Assembly (NCBI GenBank): GCA_963666285.1 | Contig: OY762711.1 | Strand: one strand, 5' to 3' | DNA length: 64,000 nt | DNA from: Sedimentisphaerales bacterium | Lineage (GTDB): Bacteria; Planctomycetota; Phycisphaerae; Sedimentisphaerales; SM23-30 | Shown here: piece by piece, positions 10,234 to 20,395 of the stretch | Position numbering within the stretch: position 1 is the stretch's first letter | Layout of the letters: every line of letters starts with the position of its first letter | Made by a program: the position numbers and the translations under genes | The notes under the pieces: generated by a model | The model's input: the letters and a program-made list of their open reading frames with translations, nothing else | Databases searched by the model: none | What the model was told of the DNA's origin: nothing

Positions 10234-11355
10234 TTATATTATTACTGCCTCAAGTGCCTTAGGCACGCATAAGCTTAAAACACTTCTTCCTTTTGACGTT
10301 ACCAACACGTCATCTTCTATTCTTAATCCATATTTATTGGCCGGGTAAATTCCAGGCTCAACAGTTACTACCATCCCCTCTTCAAATACCTCTTCGCTCT
10401 TTGAGCTTATAAACGGCTTTTCATGAACATCCAAACCTATACCATGTCCGGTACCATGCTTATAGCAATCTGAATGACTCTTTAGTATTTCACGTGCCAC
10501 TCTGTCAGGTTCCTTAAGCGAGACTCCCGGAGCAATTGATTCAATTGCCGCCTGCTGAGCTTCCAGCAGCAGTTTGTAATCATTAGCTACTTTTTCCGGA
10601 AGTTTGCCTATGCAAAAGCATCGGGTAAGATCGGAAGTATAACCATTAACATTCGCACCCCAGTCAACTAAAAACGGCTGACCTTTTTTCAACTTCAACA
10701 GACCTGGTTGAGCATGACACTCTGATGCATGTCCGCCAAAAGCTACTATAGTTGGGAATCCAGGCCCATCAGCTCCGTTAACCATCATCCTATATTCAAG
10801 ATAAGCACAAAGCTGCTTCTCTGTAATTCCGGGCGTTACCCAGTTCATTGTCTCAGCTATTGATTGACCGGCAATTTTAACTGCTTTCCTAATACTGGAT
10901 AATTCAATGGAATCTTTAAGAATTCTAAGTTTATCAACCATATGACCAACAGGTTTTATAGCACTGCCAAAATACTTTTTATAGGACTTAAGCAGGGAAA
11001 CAGACAGATATGGGGATTGGATACCAACCTTTAAGCCTTTCAGGTCTTTTTTAGAGCCGTTCTTACCATAAAATACTTTGGCAACGGCTTCCTCCATTGA
11101 AATACCGTCTCTTTCAAACATTTTGACACTCGGACACTGGCGTGCAACCTGAACAACAAACCTGCTGTCTGTTACCAGCACTACCTTTTTGCCATAAACT
11201 ACCAGAACGCTGTCGTCTCCGGTAAACCCTGTCAGATATGACACATCAGGAACATTGGTAACAATCAAAGCATCAAGACATTCGGTCTTAATTGCTTTAC
11301 GGATGCCGTTAACTCTGGCATCTATAATACTTTTCAATTTATTATATTTAGACAT
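10234..11355 (-). CDS. Xaa-Pro peptidase (M24B)
   Basis: creatinase-N YLTGFTG; metal ligands in DWG..SDLTR, HGTGHGIG, EPGIY, RIEDD. Confidence 0.92.
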   Translation of the reverse strand: MSKYNKLKSIIDARVNGIRKAIKTECLDALIVTNVPDVSYLTGFTGDDSVLVVYGKKVVLVTDSRFVVQVARQCPSVKMFERDGISMEEAVAKVFYGKNGSKKDLKGLKVGIQSPYLSVSLLKSYKKYFGSAIKPVGHMVDKLRILKDSIELSSIRKAVKIAGQSIAETMNWVTPGITEKQLCAYLEYRMMVNGADGPGFPTIVAFGGHASECHAQPGLLKLKKGQPFLVDWGANVNGYTSDLTRCFCIGKLPEKVANDYKLLLEAQQAAIESIAPGVSLKEPDRVAREILKSHSDCYKHGTGHGIGLDVHEKPFISSKSEEVFEEGMVVTVEPGIYPANKYGLRIEDDVLVTSKGRSVLSLCVPKALEAVII

Positions 11356-11895
11356 AACGCGATATTATAATGACAAAGTACCATACAGGCAAAAGAAAAC
11401 AGAAAATATGATATTACCAAAATTAAATTGCGAATTCTAAAAAAACAAATATTTACCCGTTTTCCATAGAAGTTGCCTCATATTTGAGTAAATTACGTTT
11501 TTTTGCCCTCCTATGATAATCCTCACATCTTAACATACTGTTTTAACAATCGATTAAATCATCAAAATTTGTATTTTCAGAGAAAAAAACCTTAGTTTCA
11601 CCTTGATTAAAACTTGCAGGAGAGACCTCCACAAAACCATATAAACCATTTATTAAAAGATACTTATATGCTCAAAAATTCAACTGGTCATTCATATTAA
11701 AAAAAATAATTCATAAACAATAACCCGGATATTCAAGTTGACAAAAAAGTATCCCGATAGTTAATATAGTTAAACTAGGTAATTTTTTACAGTACGCTAA
11801 AATAGGAAACTTATACTAAGCGATTATATAGGCACCTAAAAGGCAATGTAGCCTTAAATCACTCAACACAAGTTGTAAAAAGGAGCATTTATCTG

Positions 11896-12459
11896 ATGAA
11901 AAACGTTTACTCAACAGGTGAAGCAGCGGAAATTTGCAAAGTTAGTCAGCAAACTATTATTAGATGTTTCGATTCTGGAAGACTTCAAGGTTTCAGGGTT
12001 CCCGGATCTCGATTTAGAAGAATACCAAGAGAAAGTCTGATAAAGTTCATGAAGGACAATGACATTCCACTAGATAACCTGGATTCCGGTCGTCAGAAAA
12101 TTCTGGTCGTTGACGATGATCCTGAAATTGTAGAACTGATGGTAGATGTTTTTGAACGTGATGGGCGTTTCGAGGTTCGTACCGCTGGCAGCGGCTACGA
12201 CGCAGGCGTTATGACACAGGAATTTAGACCTGATTTGATTATACTGGATTACATGCTGCCGGATGTAAACGGCAACATTGTATGTAAAACAATTCGCCAG
12301 AATCCATTGTTCGAACATACTCATATTATTATTGTCAGCGGTGTAGTAAATCAGGATGAAATTGATGAAATGATCAATTTAGGCGCTGATGCATTTATGA
12401 AAAAACCTTTCAGTATTGATGAACTTGTAAATAAAATGGCTGAAATGTTAGGTTTATAG
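11896..12459 (+). CDS. response regulator with N-terminal excisionase-like HTH and C-terminal REC
   Basis: YSTGEAAEICKVSQQTIIR HTH; VVDDD, ILDYMLP and KPF receiver motifs; AGGAG RBS. Confidence 0.9.
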   Translation: MKNVYSTGEAAEICKVSQQTIIRCFDSGRLQGFRVPGSRFRRIPRESLIKFMKDNDIPLDNLDSGRQKILVVDDDPEIVELMVDVFERDGRFEVRTAGSGYDAGVMTQEFRPDLIILDYMLPDVNGNIVCKTIRQNPLFEHTHIIIVSGVVNQDEIDEMINLGADAFMKKPFSIDELVNKMAEMLGL

Positions 12460-12615
12460 CTAAGGCAAAGAAAATGAACCTAATGTACTATATATAATTG
12501 TTATGCAGCTACAGGCATGTGCTATATGTAGCTGTTTCGCAGTTGCAAGTATGCTTATATTGTGTTGCTGTTCTGAAAGTTACTAAATTTTGAATAGAAA
12601 AAAGATGGAGCTACA

Positions 12616-14907
12616 ATGGGATTTCAGACTGAAGAACAATTAAGAAAATCCAAGAACAAAAAAATTGAGCTGGTATTGCACCAGCTGACAAGTCTGCCAA
12701 CGCTTCCTGCGATAGCTGTACGCCTGCTGGAGCTGACAATTCAGGATGACACCCAGGCAAAAGAGGTTGTCACACTGATAGAATCCGATCCATCGCTGGC
12801 ATCGAAGATAATCTCGCTGGCAACTAATGCCGCTACCGGTATAAGCCGTAATAACGCATCGTTGAGCAAGGCGGTGGTTCTGCTGGGATTTGATGCTGTT
12901 CGAAATGCCGTGTTGAGTATAAAGGTATTTGAGACTTTGCAGGAAGCCAGTCCGAATGACATGAGCGTAACCTTCGACTGGTCTGGCTTCTGGAAGCACA
13001 GCATGGCGGTAGCATGTGCGGCCAAACGCATTATCAAACTGCTGAACCCCAAAGTTGACCCTGAAGAAGCATTTATCTGCGGATTACTCCATGATATCGG
13101 TAAACTGGCACTGGTATCTTCTTTGCCAAAGAGCTATTCACGAGTTATCGAACTAACAGAAGCGTCACTGGCTAATATTGCCGATGTAGAAAACAAAATA
13201 CTCGGAGTTGACCATTCTATAGCGGGCAAACGACTGGGCCAGAAATGGAACCTCCCTGAAAGTGTAATCGAGACAATCTGGCTGCACCACAGCTGGATTA
13301 ATGCCCTGCCGGAAGTTTTAACGAACCCGGAAATCGTCCAGTCGGTTCACCTGGCGGATATTATAGCCCGCGAACAGCGAATCGGATATTCCGGCAACCA
13401 CCCTATCGTAGACAGTTCTATGGAAGTGGCAGTTCAGCTGGGCTGTAATCCTGCTGATATCGAAACAATTACCAAGCAGCTGCTGGAAGATATCGGCCAG
13501 AGAGCGGTTATGCTTGGCCTGGAAAATATCGAAACTGAAAACCTCTATCACGAAGCCCTGGCAAGCGCCAACAGCGAACTGGGTAAATTAAATACCAAGT
13601 TAAGCGAGCAAAACCAGAACCTTCGTATAAGAAGCGGCTATTTTGAACTGCTGGCAGATCTGAGCCTGGCATTAAAACCAACTCAAAGCGTGCTTGATGT
13701 ATGCGAGGCGGTGACCAGGCTTTGGGCACAACACCAGAAGCTAAAACGCACCGCAGTATTTCTGCATCATAAAGACTACGATATTATCGAAGGATTTGCG
13801 ATGCTGGAAAGCAGAGATGAAGGACCTACCGCCTTCATGCTTGACTCAAACGAGGTTCCGGAAGATATCATCCAGTTTGAACAGCTGCACCAGGCCGATC
13901 GCAGAAAATTCAGGATCCTTCCGGCAGGTACTACCATGCCATGGTTCTTTGAAAAGGTATGCCCGGTATATGATATGAGTCGGACAATAGCTATCCCATT
14001 GATTATTAATGACAAAGTAGTCGGCGGCATACTATGGGAATCCGATATGGGAACAGATGCATATGCCAACCAGCTGCGTGAGTTGTCGGCACTGGCCAGT
14101 ACAACTGCCCTGGCACTATTGCAGGCAGCATCTCAGAACAGACTGGTAATGATGTGCGAGCAACTGAACCACAGTAACAGACTGCTGCATGATACCCAAA
14201 AAGAGCTGCTCAGCAGCAAAAAACTGGCAGCTGTCGGAGAACTGGCGGCAGGAGCGGCTCATGAGATCAATAACCCGCTGTCTATTATAGTTGGCCGGTC
14301 TGAATGGCTGATGTCAACAGAGGAAGACCCGGAGAAAAAGGATACCCTGCAGAAGATATCTGAAAAAGGAAATATCATAACCGATATAATCACCGAACTA
14401 ATGGAATTTGCCAAACCGGCAACCGCAAACCAGGAAATTACCGAGGTTTCATTTATTATCGAGCAGGCGATAAATAAATACAAAGAAACCGCGGAAAACA
14501 AGAATATTGACATTCAAACAAAGTTTACTCCTAATCTACCCGATATATCAGCAGATAAATCGCAGATTATTTCAGCTTTAGTTGAACTGATTTCAAACGC
14601 AGCCCAATCCTATAACAACGAGGAAGGTACGATAACTGTAGCCACCAACTTTGACGAGCTCGAAGAAAAAGTCGTTATTAGTGTTATTGACCGCGGTTGC
14701 GGGATGGATTCAAAAACATTGGAGAAAGCAACCACCCCGTTCTTCTCAGCTAAAAAAGCCGGTAGAAGACGAGGGCTTGGATTAAGCAAAAGTATTAGAA
14801 ATATTGAGAATAACGGGGGAACGTTAAATCTGTCCAGTAAGCCCGATAACGGCACAATAGCGAAGATTTCTTTTCCACCGGATTATGAAACCGCTAGCTT
14901 AAACTAG
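12616..14907 (+). CDS. HDOD-domain sensor histidine kinase
   Basis: LPTLP, DPSLASKII, FWKHS, GLLHDIGK (HDOD); AHEINNPL H-box, DRGCGM, GLGLS HATPase. Confidence 0.9.
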   Translation: MGFQTEEQLRKSKNKKIELVLHQLTSLPTLPAIAVRLLELTIQDDTQAKEVVTLIESDPSLASKIISLATNAATGISRNNASLSKAVVLLGFDAVRNAVLSIKVFETLQEASPNDMSVTFDWSGFWKHSMAVACAAKRIIKLLNPKVDPEEAFICGLLHDIGKLALVSSLPKSYSRVIELTEASLANIADVENKILGVDHSIAGKRLGQKWNLPESVIETIWLHHSWINALPEVLTNPEIVQSVHLADIIAREQRIGYSGNHPIVDSSMEVAVQLGCNPADIETITKQLLEDIGQRAVMLGLENIETENLYHEALASANSELGKLNTKLSEQNQNLRIRSGYFELLADLSLALKPTQSVLDVCEAVTRLWAQHQKLKRTAVFLHHKDYDIIEGFAMLESRDEGPTAFMLDSNEVPEDIIQFEQLHQADRRKFRILPAGTTMPWFFEKVCPVYDMSRTIAIPLIINDKVVGGILWESDMGTDAYANQLRELSALASTTALALLQAASQNRLVMMCEQLNHSNRLLHDTQKELLSSKKLAAVGELAAGAAHEINNPLSIIVGRSEWLMSTEEDPEKKDTLQKISEKGNIITDIITELMEFAKPATANQEITEVSFIIEQAINKYKETAENKNIDIQTKFTPNLPDISADKSQIISALVELISNAAQSYNNEEGTITVATNFDELEEKVVISVIDRGCGMDSKTLEKATTPFFSAKKAGRRRGLGLSKSIRNIENNGGTLNLSSKPDNGTIAKISFPPDYETASLN

Positions 14908-14921
14908 CAAGGTATATCACA

Positions 14922-16004
14922 TTGACAACATCGATGAACAATACAATAAAAATATTGTCGCTGCTAGATAAAAATAATTTAGCCGACAGTTTTAGCTGTT
15001 TAATATCAGGGGATGCCAGTTTCACTCTGAGTACAGACGAAGCATTTTTGAATACCGAGGACATGATGTCGCCTTTATATTGGAGGCATATTGGTAATCG
15101 AGGGCAAAATGCTATAATACTGCCGCTATCGAGTGAAGAGCTGGAAGACCTGAAAGACAAGACAAATACAGAAGAGTCAAACATGTTTGACTCTAATCGC
15201 CCGTGGCAATATGTAAATGCCGCGGTGATAGTCGCCCTATCAGGTGATAATATTCATGATGCCGTATTTGCAGCCCAGATGGATTTTGACGGGATAATAG
15301 CGGAGCCGTTTGTTGATGGTCACTTACAAACCATAATCAGAGATGCGATTGACCGTAAGATCCAGAAAAACAAGCTAAATGCCAGGCACCAGAGACTTCA
15401 GCGAGTTATCAAGGTTCTGAATCAAAATCGTCATATTCTGCAGAGCAAGGTTGACCTGCTATGTAACGACCTGGTACAGAGCAACCGGGACATGGCCGGC
15501 CGTATGAAGGAGATGAGCAAGGCCTACGATTTCCAGAAGAACCTGACCGGCGAATTTGACCTTAAGTATATGCTGCAAAAGGCACTAATGCAGATAACCG
15601 GCGAGAAAAAGCATACAAATGCCGCGATCTATTTATGCGAAACTGACAAAATTGAAGTAATGCTGATGGATTCCTGGTTTGACGGCGAGCTTAAGCCGAG
15701 CCAGCTGGAATCATGTCTGCGAAACAGTATAATTCCGGTTACACTTAATGCCGGGGACTCACTTATCATAAACGATGCCGGTAAGTTCAAATGCTTCCCA
15801 GATGATTGCTGTCAGACGCTGAACGGTTTGAGCATGTGCAGTGTGCCTTTGAGCCATAACGGCCATATCGAGGGCATACTGATCCTGTACCGCAGTCAGA
15901 CGATACCATTTGAAAGCCAGATAATAGACGAGCTGGAGCCGATCGTTGCGCCGTTAAGCCGTTCTATAGAAGGACTTCTGAAGCTCCAGGAAATGTTAGC
16001 TTAG
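14922..16004 (+). CDS. signalling protein: degenerate REC-like region, coiled coil, C-terminal GAF
   Basis: C-terminal SMCSVPL..EGILILY GAF-like pattern; in operon with the kinase; TTG start uncertain. Confidence 0.6.
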   Translation: MTTSMNNTIKILSLLDKNNLADSFSCLISGDASFTLSTDEAFLNTEDMMSPLYWRHIGNRGQNAIILPLSSEELEDLKDKTNTEESNMFDSNRPWQYVNAAVIVALSGDNIHDAVFAAQMDFDGIIAEPFVDGHLQTIIRDAIDRKIQKNKLNARHQRLQRVIKVLNQNRHILQSKVDLLCNDLVQSNRDMAGRMKEMSKAYDFQKNLTGEFDLKYMLQKALMQITGEKKHTNAAIYLCETDKIEVMLMDSWFDGELKPSQLESCLRNSIIPVTLNAGDSLIINDAGKFKCFPDDCCQTLNGLSMCSVPLSHNGHIEGILILYRSQTIPFESQIIDELEPIVAPLSRSIEGLLKLQEMLA

Positions 16005-17000
16005 GCAAAGGCAAACCAAGTAAAAAAACTAAGGTGTTCGCATTCGAGGACCTTTTTATTTTACTGACGCAGAAGGCGGCTCAGCTAGCATCGGTAAAAC
16101 CTACTGCCCCCCTATTTTTATTGGTCATACCAAATACAATTTATGGTATCTGCAATTCTATTTATTTTCTACTGTACTAATATTATTACATCTTTCATTT
16201 TCTAAAATTAATACTCTAGTTATGGGCAGTTGAATTGATTCTATATTGCATAAAAACAGATGATACCAATCCAACTTGCGGCGGGTTGAAAACGCAAACG
16301 GAAACCATGCAGCCAGGTAACGGCGAGGCCCGCGGAGCATGCCGGGACAATAAGCGGCATACCAACAAACGAGAACGGCGGCTATAGCAAAGTTAACCGG
16401 AGCAGCGAAGCGGCGTTCCGGGCAACGGAAGGCCACCAACGGCGACGGTACTAACACGGCCGGGCGGGGAAGGCAACGATGGGTAAGCGGAGACATCGCG
16501 GCCGGGCAACGATTTGCCGATAGTTTATGGTTTTATCGCTAAAATCAAAACTGGGCTCACCAGATAAATAAAGAGTAAAGTGTAAATTTAAAGGGTAAAA
16601 AAGATGCGAATACAGGTAAAGAGTAAAAGGTAAGAGGTGAGAGGTGAGAGGTAAGAGGTAAAAGGTAAAATTTACTGTTGCTACGCAAACTTATTTTAAA
16701 CGGCTAACGCCGAAGATACCGCTCGTACTATTTTCATTCTCAGTCCCTTCGACGAAGCTCAGGAGTTTCAACGGGGACGGCTAAGCTACCTGCCTGATGC
16801 GATGTTGAGCCAGTTGGAAACTAGATAGATATCCGGCAAAATAAAGACAATATATTTATTGCTCGCAAAGGCCGCAGGGATCGCAAAGATTGTAATGAAA
16901 AACTCAAAAATTAATACACCAACCTCTAAAAATTACTGAAAGCACAAAAAACGCGAAAAGAAATACTTACCCGCAGAATCTCGCTGATATTCGCAGGATG
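16005..17000. repeat. mosaic of REP-like hairpins and 7/9-mer tandem repeats
   Basis: GGTRARA heptamer run at about 16615-16670, CGGCTAACGCCG hairpin 16701-16712, CCCTTCGACGAAGCTCAGG near 16745, CGCAAAGGC-type 9-mers 16861-16888. Confidence 0.7.
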
Positions 17001-17142
17001 ATCATGAGATAAAACGGCTGCAATAATTATATCTTGCATTTAAGTAGTATTTTTACTTATACTAAAAGTTGGATTTCGTATTATGTGAATGTTAAATTGG
17101 ATAAGGTGATACATGAATAAGTTTTTGTCTGGAGAAATCAAA

Positions 17143-17898
17143 ATGAATATTAATTATCGTTTAGTCTCAATACTTTTACTTGTTTTGTTTCAAAATATTA
17201 GTTTAGCTTCTATATGGTCAGACTATATATGGATAAACGATGATAAAACTATAATATCAGATACTTATGCAGATTATGATATTTATTTAGGGTATGTAAG
17301 CAATTACGATATAGACCGGCTTGTTATCCCCCTGGAAAATATTGGAGAAGATGCAACTATTAGTTCTATTGAATCTTCACAGTACTCATCTATGCTGCAT
17401 ATATATTCTGGCAGTATGCCAAAACGAGGTGAACATTTTCAATTGACTGCACCTTCAGCAGAACTATATGTGCTATATGATTCTGAATTTCAAATAATTG
17501 GAACATACTCAAGCATGTTAGATGCTAGTGTTATTGCATATGCTGGAGAAACATATGAAATAGGTCCGGGCCAGGAGGTTGAATTAATTGGGTACCAGTT
17601 TAATAATCCCGGCTATACACATTGGGTATCAGGAGCTGATTATTCCAGGAAATGCGATAGTGGTTGGAATATCAATGGAAAGCCTGTTCCGCAAAATGTG
17701 ACATATGAGTATTTAACTGATACTCTTGGTTTAACTAATGGAACATACGAATTAGAGCTATATGTAGAATGGTATTATGGAGGCGAAGATCAGCTTGTGT
17801 TTTGGGATACAGATACCACTACGATTACTATTGTACCTGAACCGGTATCGATTATTTCATTAGGTCTTGGGGGTGTTATTCTTATCAGAAAAAAATAG
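17143..17898 (+). CDS. PEP-CTERM surface protein
   Basis: signal peptide; C-terminal VPEPVSIISLGLGGVILIRKK; GGAG RBS before ATG 17143; lower GC. Confidence 0.88.
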   Translation: MNINYRLVSILLLVLFQNISLASIWSDYIWINDDKTIISDTYADYDIYLGYVSNYDIDRLVIPLENIGEDATISSIESSQYSSMLHIYSGSMPKRGEHFQLTAPSAELYVLYDSEFQIIGTYSSMLDASVIAYAGETYEIGPGQEVELIGYQFNNPGYTHWVSGADYSRKCDSGWNINGKPVPQNVTYEYLTDTLGLTNGTYELELYVEWYYGGEDQLVFWDTDTTTITIVPEPVSIISLGLGGVILIRKK

Positions 17899-18250
17899 AA
17901 CAGCAAACAGCTGTCAGCTATCAGCAGCGAGCGACCTGCAGCCAGCAGGCAGAAAAACACTGATAAACTTAAGACGGACAAGTGAGCAACCTAAGTAAGG
18001 TATCAGGTAACAAGTATTTGGTATCAGGCAAGAAAACGCCTTCGGCGATACTAATTTATTGTTAGCTGACGCAGAAGTTGTATGCAATTACAATCAATGC
18101 AATTATATAATATTTCACAGAGTACGCTTTCGTACTTTTGACTGTTCAACATTATACGCAAAGGCCGAAACAGGGCCAATTAAGTGAAAAATGAATAATG
18201 AAAAGTGAAAAATTCAGGTGTCCCGATGTACGTTGACATCAGGAATAATT
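17899..18250. repeat. heptamer-repeat / hairpin mosaic
   Basis: CAGC-, GGTAT- and AARTGAA-type heptamer runs; CGCCTTCGGCG hairpin; 35-bp module at about 18216-18251 nearly identical to the reverse complement of 61823-61857. Confidence 0.7.
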
Positions 18251-18356
18251 CACTATCGTCTCACGCTTTGTTTAAAAATAAGCGTTGCAGGAAGGCCCTT
18301 GTTGGCAATTTACCAGAGGCACTTCGTTATTGCAACTTGAAAAGTGCGAAAGTAAA
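18127..18356. repeat. ~150-bp imperfect palindromic repeat, copy 1 (with ~88-bp insert)
   Basis: 18134-18163 identical to 19024-19053; 18252-18356 highly similar to 19065-19169; ends are imperfect inverted repeats. Confidence 0.8.
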
Positions 18357-18450
18357 CAACAGATAATATAAATGAAAATGCTACTTAAAAAATAAAGTGT
18401 CAAATGATAGTAGTACGAATGTACGCGGATTAAATTTTCCAGAGAAATCT

Positions 18451-18870
18451 TTAAAGTTTCATAACAAGTTCAGGATGTCCGGTATGATTATCTATTTGTT
18501 CCTTTTCAATTTGAAACCCGCATTTTTTATAGAACTCGATACTGTTTATATTTTGCTTATAGACAGTCAGAGATATCTCTTTTCGAAGCTCTTTAACTTT
18601 TCTGATAAGCTGTTTTCCAATACCATTTCCCTGGAATTCAGGCGAAACAAAAAGTGCCGCTAGAATATCATTGTTAAGAGAAAAGAACCCTTTTACGACT
18701 TCACCTTCTTCGAAAATATAAGTTTCACCCGAAGGAATATATACGTTTCTCATATCCTCAATCTTTGACTCCCAAAAGGCGGCAGAAATGAAAACATGAG
18801 CTTTAATGGAAGCTTTTAGCCAAATATCAAGAACCTGGCCCATATCATTTTTCGAAAATTTTCTAATCAT
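18451..18870 (-). CDS. GNAT N-acetyltransferase (YiaC/YjaB-like)
   Basis: IWLKASIKAH, LFVSPEFQGNGIGKQL acetyl-CoA motif, N..SIEFYKKCGF. Confidence 0.9.
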   Translation of the reverse strand: MIRKFSKNDMGQVLDIWLKASIKAHVFISAAFWESKIEDMRNVYIPSGETYIFEEGEVVKGFFSLNNDILAALFVSPEFQGNGIGKQLIRKVKELRKEISLTVYKQNINSIEFYKKCGFQIEKEQIDNHTGHPELVMKL

Positions 18871-19020
18871 GAAATACCTTATCTTTCTTGAAAAGGAATT
18901 GTACCGCAATTCTTCACATCAATCAACAGAACAAACTCACAGTTAGAATAATTCAAGATACCAGAGTTAGAAAATTGAAGCTCTTAAGAGTGCGGTTTAT
19001 GCTTCGCATCATATGCATGA

Positions 19021-19169
19021 CGCACTTTTGACTGTTCAACATTATACGCAAAGAAAGGTATTCGACTATTGTCTCATGCTTAGTTTAAAAAAAAGTGTTT
19101 CAGGAAGGCCCTTTTAGACGATTTACCAAAGGCACTTCGTTATTGCAACTCAAAAATTGCGAAAGTAAA
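19021..19169. repeat. ~150-bp imperfect palindromic repeat, copy 2
   Basis: direct repeat of 18127-18356 on the other side of the GNAT gene. Confidence 0.8.
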
Positions 19170-19608
19170 TTTAGATATACTGACAACTATTATATACGTC
19201 TTGGCGAATGTTTCATTTTTTGTGCTTGATTTTGAAATGGCATATCGGGACGGGAGATAAGCGAGCAGCGGCGAGCAGACAGGAAATAGAGGATAAAGGG
19301 AAAGGGAAATCCGGATAATAAAGAAGGCTGATATGCCAATGAAAATCTCCCAGATTAACATTTCAATTACCTAGGTTTCATATGCGAAACTGGCGGCTTC
19401 GATTTGTTATGAAAAACAGGAAATAGTTGAATTTTCTTGACCTGCCAGATTCGAATTTGATAAAATGCGGCATTAAAGCATAGTGAGGAGAAAACGTTGA
19501 GAGAATGTCAAATCAGAACTCATTTCAACTTCTCAATGAATTATTTATGTTGTGAAATAATAAGTGACAGGTTTTGTGTATATTAATTTATTTTGGAGGT
19601 ACGAATAG

Positions 19609-20298
19609 ATGAAACGATTAATTTTATTACTTATGCTGGCAGGATTGTTTTCTGCGGCGAATGCCGGGATGATCGAAGATTTTGAAAGTTATGACGTTGG
19701 TACAGATCCCGGTACGATGGGTAACGGCGTAACGGTTGTGGCCGACACAGGTACAAACGGAACCCAGGTTCTGAAACAGGAAATCCTGTCAGGCGGCGCC
19801 TGGACGGGGGCAGGTATCGACATTGATCCTGATATAACAGCCGACGGTACTATAGTCCAGTTTGATGCTTATTTCGGTGCCAGTTATAATGGAGTTGTCG
19901 GTGTTTCTCAATGGAGCGGTATCACCTATACTGACTTTAACGACTTCCAGGCAATGGTCAGACATGATGGCGGCGACGGTACCGGGCTCAATTACCGTAA
20001 CGGCAGTTCTTATATCAATATAGATACGGCAATAGCCGATGTCGAAGAATGGCATACCTATACATTTGTATTGGACTATACCAATCAGAATTATGATATT
20101 TATATTGACGGTAGTCTTCTTGTGGCTGATGCCGGTTTCCGTGCGACAGGCCATACGAAATCCGGTAGTTTCCGCATACTGGGCGGCTATCCAAGCTCAG
20201 ACAGCAGTGTACTGGTTGATAACGTAAGTATTGTACCAGAACCAGCTACCTTTGCCCTGCTGGGTATAGGCGGACTGCTATTGAAACGCAGGAAGTAA
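19609..20298 (+). CDS. PEP-CTERM surface protein (LamG/ConA-like beta-sandwich likely)
   Basis: signal peptide, WHTYTFVLD..YDIYIDG pattern, VPEPATFALLGIGGLLLKRRK; GGAGG RBS. Confidence 0.9.
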   Translation: MKRLILLLMLAGLFSAANAGMIEDFESYDVGTDPGTMGNGVTVVADTGTNGTQVLKQEILSGGAWTGAGIDIDPDITADGTIVQFDAYFGASYNGVVGVSQWSGITYTDFNDFQAMVRHDGGDGTGLNYRNGSSYINIDTAIADVEEWHTYTFVLDYTNQNYDIYIDGSLLVADAGFRATGHTKSGSFRILGGYPSSDSSVLVDNVSIVPEPATFALLGIGGLLLKRRK

Positions 20299-20342
20299 TT
20301 ATTAAGGCAAGCTCTGAAACTTCCGAACAGATAGAAAAAACA

Positions 20343-20371
20343 AAACCCCGTTTAAAATTTAAGCGGGGTTT
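20343..20371. terminator. bidirectional intrinsic terminator
   Basis: AAACCCCGTTTAAA / TTTAAGCGGGGTTT with A and T flanks between convergent genes. Confidence 0.75.
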
Positions 20372-20395
20372 ATTTTTTTACATGAGATCCGGCTA

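Noticed and set aside
16158..16496. 112-aa minus-strand ORF
   Set aside because: Composition artefact of the skewed tract; no protein-like features
16261..16520. DGR template repeat (many AAC)
   Set aside because: No reverse transcriptase, and no matching variable repeat differing at adenines, in the window
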